Shown: piece after piece, positions 41,553 through 53,656 of the stretch
Position numbering within the stretch: the stretch's first letter is position 1
Layout of the letters: every line of letters begins with the position of its first letter
Source: Podarcis filfolensis
Taxonomy: Eukaryota
Assembly (NCBI GenBank): GCA_964270895.1
Contig: OZ185444.1
Length of the DNA stretch: 64,000 bases
Reading direction: 5' to 3' (one strand)
Notes under the pieces: model-generated
Seen by the model: the letters and a program-made list of their open reading frames with translations, nothing else
Databases searched by the model: none
Told to the model about the DNA's origin: nothing
Program-made: the position numbers and the translations under genes

Positions 41553-42439
41553 TGTCAGGGACATGGCTGAATTGAGTGCCTGGGAAGAGTCTGACTCTGG
41601 AGATGAGGGATTGCAGCCACAGACAGAGCAGGAGTGGGTTAGTTCTCTCCCCCCCTTCATCAGACTCAGATTCCCAGAATCAGATAGAGCAGCAGACTTG
41701 GAAAGCTCACAGGCAGAGGGAGGGGAGGAGATAGATGACATTGAGAGGGTTGCTATGCAACCAGGAGGTAGGCAGTATTTAAAGGGATCTTCAATTGATA
41801 GTGGTGGGGGGGGGAGTTCACCCACCTTCTCCCCAAACCAGAAGAGCTGAAAGGGTTAAAATGCAATGGAAGTACAAGAGAGGAAGGACTGGACTTTGGC
41901 GCCCTTCGTGCTGCGAAAGGGGCGGAGACTCAGAGTGACCAACTCGTACCATAAAACTGCCAGAGACTCATTACTGTACTTTTCCATGTATAAGACTTGG
42001 TTATTTTGCTGTAAAACAATGTAAAAAATGGAGGGGGCGTCTTATACATGGATAGTGCATAGGGTGGACAGGCGATAGGTTGCAGCCGAGAGCAGGAGCT
42101 TGTCACTGGTGATTGGGTTGTAGAATGGTGTATGCTGCAATGGCTGCTGTCGATTGGCTGCCCCTGCAGGAGCTGGGCTTTCTTGCAGACGATTAGTTCT
42201 GCGTCGCACACGATTGGTAGCATTAGTCAGTCGGGTGAGTGATTTTTGGCATGCCCCCCCCCAAAAAAACAGCTCAGCAACTCTGGGGGCAATCCTCCCC
42301 CAAAAAAGCTCAGCAACTCTGGGCCATCTCCCCCCATTTTATTAAATTGTAGTCCCCCAAAATAGGGATTGTGTTATACATGGGAAAATACAGTAATTCT
42401 TATCGGGGCTTGCCTGACTGCTTACCTGAGATCATTGCA
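41553..42439 (+). mobile_element. Solo LTR (about 465 bp net) interrupted by a MITE
   Basis: TGTCAGGG...TTGCA; TSD GTGGT/ATGGT (41548-41552 and 42440-42444); TATA-like TATTTAAA near 41777; removing it rejoins the SINE head 'agctcagtggtagag'. Confidence 0.65.
41974..42393. mobile_element. Tc1/mariner-pogo type MITE (420 bp)
   Basis: TIRs CTGTACTTTTCCATGTATAA / TTATACATGGGAAAATACAG; TA on both sides (41972-41973, 42394-42395). Confidence 0.85.
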
Positions 42440-43164
42440 ATGGTAGAGTTTGTGTTTTGAATGCAAAAACTCCCAGTTTCAGTCCTTGACACCTCTGGTT
42501 AAATGGTGCTTGGATAGAAGGTTGGTTGGAAAAGACTACCTGAAGCCTCAGAGAGCTGCCATTGATCAGGGTGGACAATACAGACCCATGACCTGACTTT
42601 CAGGTATGAGACATGTTCATGCAAACTAGTCCTTATTCTCTCAAACAGCAAGATGATGTGGGAAAAAACCCAGTTTGTTGCCTGAAGCACTTCAGAATGC
42701 AGGTGGCAACTTACATGATTGAAATCTGGCATGACAGTTCCAACCTGTGCCAATCTGGATACCTCTTGAGATATCGTTGCCAAGCTCAGCACAAATGTTC
42801 CCGAGGTGGAGGTCTTTATCCATGTTTGTCTGTCACCATTGGTATCTCATGTGGATATTGGGAGGGACTTTTTACAAAATTTAATAAACAGACTAGGATG
42901 TTTAGCAGTAGCTCCACTTGCAAGCTTTTTCTTGTTTCAGCAATTACGCAATTCCAAAAATACTTTGCTTTAATTCCCCCCCCCTCTGTTATTATCTTAC
43001 TGTGTTTAGAAAATACTTTTGTACCCTTTTCTTAGTATATTTTCAGCTTCTGTCAGATCTCTGTCTCAGTTAATGTATTTGGGCAGGATGGAAGAAATGT
43101 TTCTTATTTGTACAAACTGATACCATGATGGTCTAAACTGTAATTAATTTACTACTTGATATAC

Positions 43165-43418
43165 GGAGATTGTCAGCGGCGATTGGGTGGGTGATTTTTG
43201 GCTGCGACAAGGGCTGCCGTCGATTGGCTGCTGCTGGCAGCTAGTGGGCAGATGCTTGCTGGCTTTGGCGATGTGTGTGGTTGGCAGTGTTGGTCAGGCG
43301 GGTGAGTGTATTTCAGCAACCCCCCCCCCCCATCTCAACAACTCTGGGCAATCTCCTCCCATTTTCTTAATTTGGAGCCCCCCAAAATAGGGGTTGTCTT
43401 ATACATGGGAAAATACGG
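43165..43418. mobile_element. One-ended copy of the same MITE family
   Basis: Right TIR GTCTTATACATGGGAAAATACGG followed by TA; internal similarity to 42100-42393; left end absent and left boundary approximate. Confidence 0.75.
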
Positions 43419-43437
43419 TATTTCTTCCTGACATTAT

Positions 43438-44030
43438 TTGTTGTTGTTGTTTAGTCGTTTAGTCGTGTCCGACTCTTCGTGACCCCATGGACCAGAGCAC
43501 GCCAGGCACTTCTGTCTACCACTGCCTCCTGCAGTTTGGTCAGACTCATGTTTGTAGCTTCGAAGACACTATCCAACCATCTCGTCCTCTGTCGTCCCCT
43601 TCTTCTTGTGCCCTCCATCTTTCCCAATATCAGGGTCTTTTCCAGGGAGTCTTCTCTTCTCATGAGGTGGCCAAAGTATTGGAGCCTCAGCTTCACGATC
43701 TGTCCTTCCAGTGAGCACTCAGGGCTGATTTCCTTAAGAATGGATAGGTTTGATCTTCTTGCAGTCCATGGGACTCTCAAGAGTCTCCTCCAGCACCATA
43801 ATTCAAAAGCATCAATTCTTCGACGATCAGCCTTCTTTATGGTCCAGCTCTCACTTCCATACATCACTACTGGGAAAACCATAGCTTTTACTATACGGAC
43901 CTTTGTTGGCAAGGTGATGTCTCTACTTTTTAAGATGCTGTCTAGGTTGGACATTGCTTTCCTCCCAAGAAGCAGGCATCTCTTAATTTCGTGGCTGCTG
44001 TCACCATCTGCAGTGATCATGGAGCCCAAG
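43438..44030 (-). mobile_element. Bov-B (RTE) LINE, 5'-truncated 3' fragment
   Basis: ORF 43451..44029 reads as the Bov-B ORF C-terminus (GSMITADGDSSHEIKRCLLLGRKAM...DAFELWCWRRLLRVPWTARRSN...TKSRTRLND); (CAA)n tail; 7-8 bp TSD (G)ACATTAT at 43430-43437 and 44030-44037. Confidence 0.95.
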
Positions 44031-44654
44031 ACATTATACCTTTCTCTAAACAGGGAATTATTTCTATGGGAAAGGATTCATATGCAAAAATGCAATGCCA
44101 ATATCTGCCTTCTGAAGTGGCAGATTTATGAGAGTGCAATACAATATGATCATCTGACATGTGATCATTACATATTCTGAATATGTCTAAGACATATTTT
44201 GGCATCTTTTCCTATTTGGCAGCATTTGAAGAATGGTATATATCACATTACACCACGTGTATCACATTACACCACGTTCTACCTGATGACAAACAAAGCT
44301 AATGTATTATCTAGCCGGCAATTAAGCTGGACTCTTATCTTTTTATATTTTATCAGGACAAGGTGGCATTGGCACTAAAATTAATCTATATCTATCATTG
44401 GCAAAGTCGAAAATAATGTGAGTTATAATAAGAAAAGTATCTCTACACAAATCAAATTCATGTTAGGGGAATTAATTAGTCCCCCGACTTCATTTCAAGG
44501 CTACAAAAGATAGCCTTCCTCCAAGGGACTGACTCGGCCATTATTTCCAAATATGATGTTCAGATATATTAGCCAGTCTGTAAGTTAACAGGATTCTGGA
44601 GGGTCTGGAACTTTATTCCAGCCTAATAATTTCAAGCGGAACACAGTTGTAGTA

Positions 44655-45038
44655 AAAAGGTAAAGGTGAAGGACCCCTGGACGGTTAAGTCCAGTCAAAG
44701 GTGACTATGGGGTTGCGGCGCTCATCTCACTTTAGGCTGAGGGAGCTGCTGTTTGTCCACAGGCAGTTTTCCGGGTCATGTGGCCAGCCTGACTAAACCG
44801 CTTCTGGCGCAACAGAACACCGTTCACAGAAACCAGAGCGCACGGAAACACCATCTACCTTCCCGCCACAGCTGTACCTCTTTATCTACTTGCACTGGCA
44901 TGCTTTCAAACTGCTACAGGTTGGCAGAAGCTGGGACAAAGCAACTGGAGCTCACCCTGTTGCAGGGATTCGAACCGCTGACCTTTCAATCAGCAAGCCC
45001 AAGCGGCTCAGTGGTTTAGACCACAGCACCACGCATAT
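44655..45038 (-). mobile_element. Sauria SINE, full length
   Basis: (ACCTTT)2-type tail; head with GGTTCGAATCC; TSD TTGTAGTA (44647-44654 and 45043-45050), extendable to 12 bp with one mismatch. Confidence 0.9.
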
Positions 45039-45695
45039 ACATTTGTAGTAGGTGATGGTCTCCCCGTGTCCCTGTGTCTTGTAACCCCCTCACCATCATA
45101 CAGATCTAAGTGGAAAAGTGATAGTGAAAAGAGTGTTGAAATGGAACAAGCCCAATGGTAGACTAGCTGTCAACTGCTTTCCATGTGGGTAGCAACAGAG
45201 TGGCAATAGCTCTGTCTCTCATTTCTTATAGGGAAATGCTTTCTCTCCTGTTCAATATTGACTGCCCTAAACAGATCTTCAACTTCTTTTGGTTTGTCTT
45301 TCCAACAAAATGTGCGATTTTATTGGCCATAATATTCTCACACATAAGACTCAACATCTTAGAGCTACCGTATTTTATGCTTTTAGGTAGTGAGTGTACT
45401 GTAGTACTTTCCATTTAAGATAGAAACTTGAATCAAAATTAAGTTACTGTTCTTTGAAACTCAAAACAGTTGGCTTCCTCTATATCCATATTTTTAAACT
45501 ATACCAGCACAGCAAGATCAGAGTCGATAGAGGAAAGAGAAATAAATCATCTGGTGAGCCATTATCATTCACTTTACATGGGGTGGAAAACAAATATCGC
45601 TGTCATTTTCTGACATTCATTGTAGATAAATTGGAAATGTATATCATTCTTTAACATAGTAAAGAAACAAAAAAGCACCACCTATTATTCTGTGA

Positions 45696-46622
45696 TATAT
45701 GTTGCTTTTGTAATATATATTATCAAGAGAAAAAACAAACTAGTTCCCTTGACTCCCAGATGTTGAAAGCATATCTTATCATGTCCCCAAATCATAAAAG
45801 CCTCATTTAGAAGAAAAATAAAGGAAAAGCTTTTCAATTATAGGAAGAGCAAAATAAATGACAATTGTCTCTGTCTTCCTACACTACTGCTCTTGGAAAG
45901 AAAAGCGAGGAAGAGCGGGCATGTGGACTCTTGATAATATTAGAATTCATATGAGAACTTAGTTCACAAAATTGTAAAGGGTTGTAGTAACGTCTTAGGG
46001 TGCATTTTTTGGAGGTTCAGTCCCTAGGAAGGGGTAGGAAAGACTCTCCTCTGAGAGCCCGGGAGAACCATTGCCAGTTAGTGAAAAGACGACTGAGCAA
46101 GATAGACCAATGCTTTGACTTGATTCAAAGCAACTTTCCATATTTGTAGTCTTGTATTATATGTTGCTTTTGTAATATATATTATCAAGAGAAAAAACAA
46201 ACTAGTTCCCTTGACTCCCAGATGTTGAAAGCATATCTTATCATGTCCCCAAATCATAAAAGCCTCATTTAGAAGAAAAATAAAGGAAAAGCTTTTCAAT
46301 TATAGGAAGAGCAAAATAAATGACAATTGTCTCTGTCTTCCTACACTACTGCTCTTGGAAAGAAAAGCGAGGAAGAGTGGGCATGTGGACTCTTGATAAT
46401 ATTAGAATTCATATGAGAACTTAGTTCACAAAATTGTAAAGGGTTGTAGTAACGTCTTAGGGTGCATTTTTTGGAGGTTCAGTCCCTAGGAAGGGGTAGG
46501 AAAGACTCTCCTCTGAGAGCCCGGGAGAACCATTGCCAGTTAGTGAAAAGACGACTGAGCAAGATAGACCAATGCTTTGACTTGATTCAAAGCAACTTTC
46601 CATATTTGTAGTCTTGTATTAT
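45696..46622. repeat. Tandem duplication, 2 x 462 bp
   Basis: 45696-46157 repeats at 46158-46619; the only difference seen is GAAGAGCGGG versus GAAGAGTGGG. Confidence 0.95.
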
Positions 46623-48536
46623 CACGGTTAAGAGTATTCATACAGCGTTGTGTGCCTTTGTTCTATGAATTATGCACAAGATAAGAGAAAATAATTGTCT
46701 CTTTTTCCAAATACCATTATACCTATTTAAATTCTAAAATTCTTTTTTTAGCATCTTATTTTCACTCTTACTGGAATAGATTCACAGATATACTCGGCCC
46801 ACAAATGTTGCCTCTCTCTTTATTTACAAGTTTTATTTACACTGGCTTGTTTTTGTTTTTTGTTTTAGTTCTGAATGCAGAAAAGCAGAATCTCTTCAGC
46901 CTTCAATAAAACTGAAGATTTTAATGGCTAAGAGCAGCCCTCTCCAAAGAATAATCAATGTCTGGCTGAAATTCTATGGTGACAACAGCTAATTGAACTT
47001 CAATTGATGAGAGTCGTACACACTAGGATAAATGTTACCTTTCGGATTTAAGGTAAATATCAAGTAATCTCATTCAGATGTCTCCTAGATTTGTGATTGG
47101 TACTGTCAGTTTACGGCAGTGCATTGATTATCCTTTTGTTAACACAATTAATTGTTACGCAGAGATTTTTATCCTTGCAATAGGAAACTACTAGTTGTCA
47201 AATTCCATTCAGTGTTCTATACACAGGTAACATTTGGCTTGATGAAGGTTTGATATAGACAACTAATTGCATACATACCAATAAGGTATCATGAGAGCTT
47301 TGCAGATCTAAATTAAAATTTCAGTGACCTAATGTTGTTGGCTTAGAGAATAAGAAATAAAGAAAATTCATTCCATATAATATACCTGACAAGTGCCTAT
47401 TTGGATATTTTGCCCGAAGCAATTTTCTGTCTTGTAGCCTGTCTAATTAAAAAGTTAAGGAAAGCGTGTATCATTGACAGTTACAAAAGTAATGGAATGT
47501 CATAATTCATTTAGAGATAACAGTGAAAGATAAAGATAAGATTTTTCTAGATGACACGCAGAATTAAAAAGCTTCTACGAAAGAACCACTAATAATCTGG
47601 GATGGAAAATTGTCAACCGTACTTAATAACATGGTTTGCTTTTCAACATTTAAAATTATCCTATTGCTATCTTTACATTGTGCTTTGTGTTCTTGTATCA
47701 ACTTCCTAGATCCTAATTCAAGATGGTACTTTTCTAGTAGGTAGATAACTATCTATGAAGAGACAGTTCCTTTCCAAAGAAAATATGTTTTTAATTTATT
47801 TTTAGATGCAGATATATATATTAATTGAACTTGACTGGTTGATACAATTATCATTTTGCCCACTGACATTATATACATGGAATTTTTAAAAATGTGATAA
47901 TATGGCAATTTCATTTCAGTGAAGCTTTAAAAATCATATTTATATGGCTTATTTGCAGACTGTAAGTTGCAATTACATTTCTATTCTCACCACTTAATAA
48001 CATTTGCTTGGTCTTTGAAGAATTGACATTGTGTCACATAACATTAATCATTCCCTACTTTATGAACTGGATTTGATTGGTTTTACAATAGTCTTTATTC
48101 CAACTTCTTTGTGAGTTTTCCTGCCTTGTGCTTCTCAGAGCAGCTGATAAACTTAATTCTAATTAACTGATGCGCATACATCTTTAGCCATATATGCATT
48201 TAATCCTAGAGGTACTGCACCTGTCTCCACTAAGGCCAATGTCAGGACCTGGACTGTTATGTAAAGGCAACATTTTGCCAACTGAGCTGAAGGACAAGAT
48301 GGCACTCTCTCCCAAGGCCCATACTGGTAGTTGAATCTCACTCCAATACTGGTCAAAGGACAGTGACCTCCACTGGCTATTGTAGGGGTACCAGGGCATG
48401 CCAAATGGCACACACAGCTCTGTCCCTTCCCTGCCTCATTCTGCCTCATCATAGAGCCAGCCCTAGTACCTGGACAACAGGCTTAACTGGAAGACAAGGC
48501 ACTGGGCCACAGACTTCTCCAACATGGTGAGCTGTA

Positions 48537-48928
48537 AAAAGGTAAAGGTAAAGGGACCCCTGACAGTTAAGTCCAGTCGCAGACGACTCTGGGGTTGCGG
48601 TGTTCATCTCGCTTTACAGGCTGAAGGAGCTGGCGCTTGTCTGCTCTGCAGACAGTTTATCCGGGTCGTGTGGCCAGCATGACTAAGCTGCTTTTGGCGC
48701 AATGGAACACCAAAACCAGAGCAGCGCATGGAAATGCTGTTTACCTTCCCGCCGGAGTGGTACCCATTTATCTGCTTGCACTTTCTGGGGTGCTTCGAAC
48801 TGCTAGGTTGGCAGGAGCTGGGACAGAGCAACAGGAGCTCACCCCGTCACAGGGATTCGAACCGCCAACCTTCTGATCAGCAAGCCTGAGAGGCTCAGTG
48901 GTTTAGACCACAACACCACCGCATCCTC
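48537..48928 (-). mobile_element. Sauria SINE, full length
   Basis: (ACCTTT)2 tail; tRNA head; 14-bp TSD CATGGTGAGCTGTA (48523-48536 and 48929-48942). Confidence 0.93.
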
Positions 48929-51629
48929 CATGGTGAGCTGTATTTATATTTAAATTACAGTCATTGTTTCTATGTTTGCACCCATATAATATAAATTAGC
49001 ATATGCAAACATGCAATTCTGAGTCTTTTTTATCTTTTTTGTGAAGCATTTCCTCTTTTTCAATAGTGAAAAAATGGCCACTCTTAAGAGTAAACTTTAC
49101 ATAGTGTCATTTCAAACTCAAGGGTCAACATACAGGTGTCTGGCACTTCTTTTTGTAGCTTAAATTCTGCATAGTTGTCCTTTCAAATTGTATGGTGATG
49201 GTACAGATGGTGAGCAAATTGAGAATATACCACAGCTTTGTGGCAGTGCATGTGGTTTGTATACAAATGATCCCAGGTGTAATTTTTTTACATCTCCAAT
49301 TTAAAGGATATACAGAGAGATCTGCTAGTTAGACAATATTGGTCTCTAGATAGATCAATAGTCTGATTCATTATAGGGCAACTTCATGTCCATATGCTTC
49401 GTTGGTAATGTCAGTTTTGATGTTTATAGATGAATGTGGCAATGATCAATCTTGAGGCGTCATGCAGGCTTGCATCAGGTCTTTCTCCTTTTTTGTTGTA
49501 AATTAATTTTTATCGGTTCTATAATTATGACAACATGCATAAACACAACAAATACAGTGTTCCAAAAGCAATTAGGTATACAGATGAAGACTGTGTCCAT
49601 TGTAAATTTATACTTTTTCTCTTGGTATTTTTTTCAAATGAATCTGACTTAGTAAAGTGCGATTGGTCCGATCTCAAGAAAAAATTTGCAGTTAAGAGTT
49701 GCAGATGAGAGCATTAATATAATAGTTGTGCTCTATTTTTATCCTTCTTGTTAACCGAAGCAACAAAATCAAACTAGTTTGAAACAAATTTGCCTGCTTT
49801 TATATTTACCCTGGCCATTCTCAGTTTCTCTACCAACTCTCCAAATTTTCTTGTGCTGGTGTTCCATTGACCACTGCTTTCATATATTTCAAAAACTGTA
49901 TGACTGTCAGTCTGGTTGACAAATCAAGGTGTTACTTTTTAGGTCTGTATTGCTTTTAGAAAAAAATATTCAGAATGGCTGTGAGTCCATATCTAACCAT
50001 TGCTTTGGTAGATCTCATAAATTTTGGAAAACTAAAGCCCCAAAAAGAGATGTTGACACATCCACCATGCGTGGTGGTCTGCACCTTTGTCTATGCAGCA
50101 TCACCAGCAATTGTGAGGGAAGCTGTAGGCTGGTTTAGGGGAGCTTTGGGTAGATAGTATGACACCAGTGTGTCAGTTTTAGCATGGTTTCTTTGGGATG
50201 TGCAGAAACTGATTATAGGTGTAGTCTATCCCGTAGTGAATTCCAGGCATTTCCCTCTATTTCTCTGCAGCAACCAGAGAGCTTAATTTGCATTTCTGAG
50301 GTAGAAATGATACCCAGAGTCACCTACCTGTCAATTTTTGCGTGGCAAATCATTGTTGTAAAAACATACCTACTTGGTAGATTACATTGTCATTAAATGT
50401 TGCTTGCTTTTTGTGGTAATTTATGGTCTCATGCCAATACCACTTTACTATCTGACTGCTGAAGGGCAAAAGCCAACCGACAGACTTTTCCATGTCAAAA
50501 AAATGTTGGTTTCAGTTAGCTTTGCAGCACAGTGTGAAAGAGTTGTGGTATGCGGTCTGTTTCTAAAGTTTAAATAACAGCAAATTAAACAGGAGGTGAG
50601 ACCAATAATTTAAGGAATCTTTCTTAAAGCGTTCCACTTAAAGTCTGTATCTGCAGCAAAAACATAAAAGATTATGTATACAATTTACGAAGAATGTTTG
50701 CAAGCATTAGCAGCAATGTCTGCACCTTATCAACGTACATTGATTTAAAATGCATCCTTTCGTTTAAATGGTTTTGATTTTCTGCCTGGAAGACAAAAGA
50801 GAAAATTAGTAGCTATCACTTACTGAATTCACAGAATTGTACATTTGCCTTCAGGTGGAAAGATTTGTTTTTCCGTTTATTCACAGGGTAATGTTGACTT
50901 GGAAAGTAACCACATCAATTGCTTGGTCATACATTTCTCATGTACAGACAGTGCCATTAAAGTGGAGGGGCAGGTCATGGGATAGTGACTGCCACACTGC
51001 AATGACAACATACATATTGGGCCTAATGTAGGAGAATCTTATAACATTTTCAGGAAATGCTTCTGCTATTCAGTGAGAAGTCCTCCCAGGGTGGTGGGAG
51101 GACAGGTAAATGAGTTCTGTAAATGTGGATCCACTACTGGGAATAACATTATTTATACCTATCATCAGATAAACTCAGTAGGCATATGGATAAAATCACA
51201 ATAGCGACCTCAGTTGATCTTAGAGACTAAGACTGAGCAAACAGCATGCAGCAGTTTCTCATCTAACTATGTGAACCTTTAGGTCAATATCAGCTAAAAG
51301 AATCATACCCAGAAGGCTATTGGAATCCAGTGCAGATATTGGAATACTGTCCCCTTGGAAATCTCTTCTATTATTCAGTGTACTCTCCAGGTTCATCCTC
51401 TTAGTAATATTCTTTTCCAAGTAGTTTACAGGAGTGTTTTAGAACCATGAGCATGAAAGAAGGGGTTTTTGGGGGGGTGCATTTCTATTGCCTCTTCCAC
51501 ACTTAAGAGTGTTTCCACACAGGGTCTTAATACTGCAAACAGATCTTAAAATATCACAAAGGAGTCATTGACAACAAACTTAATGGATTTTCTGCAGGGA
51601 AGGAAAGTCTGGATTAAACTGGAGGGGGC

Positions 51630-51720
51630 TGAATATGATCTGTGATTCCTGCATTGCAGGGCATTGGATTAGATTATTCTTGGGGCCCCTTCCAAACCTG
51701 CTTTTCTATAATTCTATGAA
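51630..51720 (+). mobile_element. CR1 3' UTR remnant
   Basis: CCTGCATTGCAGGG...GGCCCCTTCCAA...TTCTATAATTCTATGA tail; a reverse-oriented relative at about 16349-16415. Confidence 0.7.
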
Positions 51721-52559
51721 CTGTATGTTTCTTCCAGCAACTTTGTGTGGACTATGTGAAACACTTGCATGCACCAATCCCACAATAAACACCTGTTTGG
51801 AAACACCATAAAGGTGATATCCATCTAAGTCATACCCAGAGTAGACTCAATGAAATTAGTGGGTGTGTTGCCTATATTTGTAAAACCCATCTAAATCTTC
51901 CATAACTGTCTCTTGCTTCTACAATCCACACAAAAGCTGATGCTTGTACTTAGGTGAAATTTCCCCCCCCCCCCCCAAGCACTTTATGATTCTGTGGAAT
52001 TCTTGTTTGCTTGTTGTACAACTCTATGACCACAGCAATTTGTAGTCTGAGTTTCAGTGACCATTAAATTCACTAGTGCCATAGTATTATGTCTCCAGGA
52101 CCAGACTAAAAACCCCAGCATAATCTAGCTTGTGTAGACAATATATATAAAAAAGAATGTTCATGAGATATTTAGGAACTTGAAATAATCGATGTCCAAA
52201 GGCTATTCTACATTACCAATAACGCATATGAATATGCACCACAAACCAAAAATAATGGAAACATATTGCTGGGAAAAGATATAGTGTCGCAGACTGTAAA
52301 TGATGTTGCCTTAATAGAAGACAAAATGAGCATGGCCTCTCTGCTAAGCCATAATAAAAGCTGTCAGTTCAATTCAATAGGTTTATTTGTACTAGCCAAA
52401 GGCCATGACAATTGCCATATCTAGTTGTGAAAGCTAGGAAATGGCAAACAGTATGAATTTGTGTCCTCAGATTTTCCGCCTTTGAATCTGTTAGTAGAAT
52501 GAAACATACCATTCCAGTATCTGAGGGTTGACAAAGGAAAATAATCTACAGGAAACTTT

Positions 52560-53050
52560 TTAAAAGATCGCAATGAGGGACAAAGCATTCATTTTGCATG
52601 TTAATAAACTTATGAAAATTTGATATAACTTTAGGGGAAACAAATATGAAAAAGATATAACAAGAACTAGCAGATCAAGGTTAGGAGCATACAAATTCCA
52701 ATTACAAAAAGGCTCAATTTTACCAGTGAGTGAACTTAGTGTTCAAGGAATTTTGTATGAGTTAGCTACATTTCTTAACTATATGTTTTCATCAAATTCT
52801 GGCCTGCCCAAGATGGAAGACAGTTTTGCTAGAGTCAGCTTAAATGTATCAAATGTGATAATATGTATCGAATCCTGTCAAAGAAAGGAGGTGGTGGTTT
52901 CTTTGTTTTATTAGAAATTGTAATATTGGAACAAGGGCTTGTGGGATATGAAGATAACTTGGGTGAAGTTCTAACAAAATGCCTGGCTGGCATCCAACTA
53001 AGGGATTCTCTAGGAGGCTTAGTTTGGTCAGAATTGAATATACACAAAAT
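52560..53050 (+). mobile_element. Possible highly degraded L1 ORF2 relic
   Basis: Faint peptide echoes (KGSILP; KE-GG) with many stops. Confidence 0.3.
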
Positions 53051-53271
53051 ACATTACTTCTGCTAAATGAGCCACCATAGTCACTAGACGGCTGTGAAAA
53101 TTTTTGTCCTGGGCTTTTTAGACTCGTCTACCCATGTACTCTCTGAAACCAAAGAGGTGCATTGCTTGCCAGATGTGAAATGTATTGACATTATTTTCAG
53201 CTCTCCTACCCAACTAGATGGGGACCTATTTTTCCTCCTACTTACCCGGTATTGGGTAAGATAGTAAATGG

Positions 53272-53639
53272 TGTTAGGATATTTCCGTTCCACCTTAAAA
53301 GGGTGCAGGATGTTTGTATAACACCCTGCGTAAGTTCCTGTCTCACAGGATGTTTATGCTATATGTTCCTTTCGATTTTGTCTGTCTTGCCTGAGCAGTC
53401 GGAGGAGACGGTCATGATTTCTTTGTTCTGACCTACGCTGAATAAAACTGTAAATATGCAGTTCTGCTCTCATGCTGTGCAACTTCTGTTGTGTGAATTC
53501 TGCTGAAAGAGTGTGCTCTAAGCCAGAGGCTTAGTGTCGCTGAATTGCTGATATTGCCTGACTACGGGAGGTCGATGGATCGTCCGGCATCCGAGCTTGG
53601 GGCTCAGATGGACCTTATCTCCCTGGCAGTATCCCAACA
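53272..53639 (+). repeat. 5' LTR (368 bp)
   Basis: Begins TGTTAGGAT and ends ATCCCAACA (8/9 inverted termini); AATAAA at 53441-53446; matches 58037-58404 base for base by eye. Confidence 0.98.
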
Positions 53640-53642
53640 ACA

Positions 53643-53656
53643 GGTTATGGGCCCAG
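53643..53656 (+). promoter_or_regulatory. Primer-binding site complementary to the anticodon arm of initiator tRNA-Met (half-tRNA priming)
   Basis: GGTTATGGGCCCAG, 3 nt after the LTR, is the reverse complement of CTGGGCCCATAACC (nt 26-39 of vertebrate tRNA-iMet). Drosophila copia and yeast Ty5 use this internal priming mode. Confidence 0.92.

Larger units (their letters stand above)
41535..42600 (+). mobile_element. Old tRNA-derived SINE, host of the solo LTR insertion
   Basis: A-box 'agctcagtggt|agag' split by the LTR; the continuation resembles related fragments at 1045-1205, 46010-46130 and 49320-49395. Confidence 0.55.

Noticed and set aside
43479-44180. 233-aa plus-strand ORF (and 19883..20230)
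   Set aside because: Antisense shadow of the Bov-B fragments.
53241-53260. 7-bp hairpin CTTACCC/GGGTAAG just upstream of the copia insertion
   Set aside because: Too short to exceed chance.
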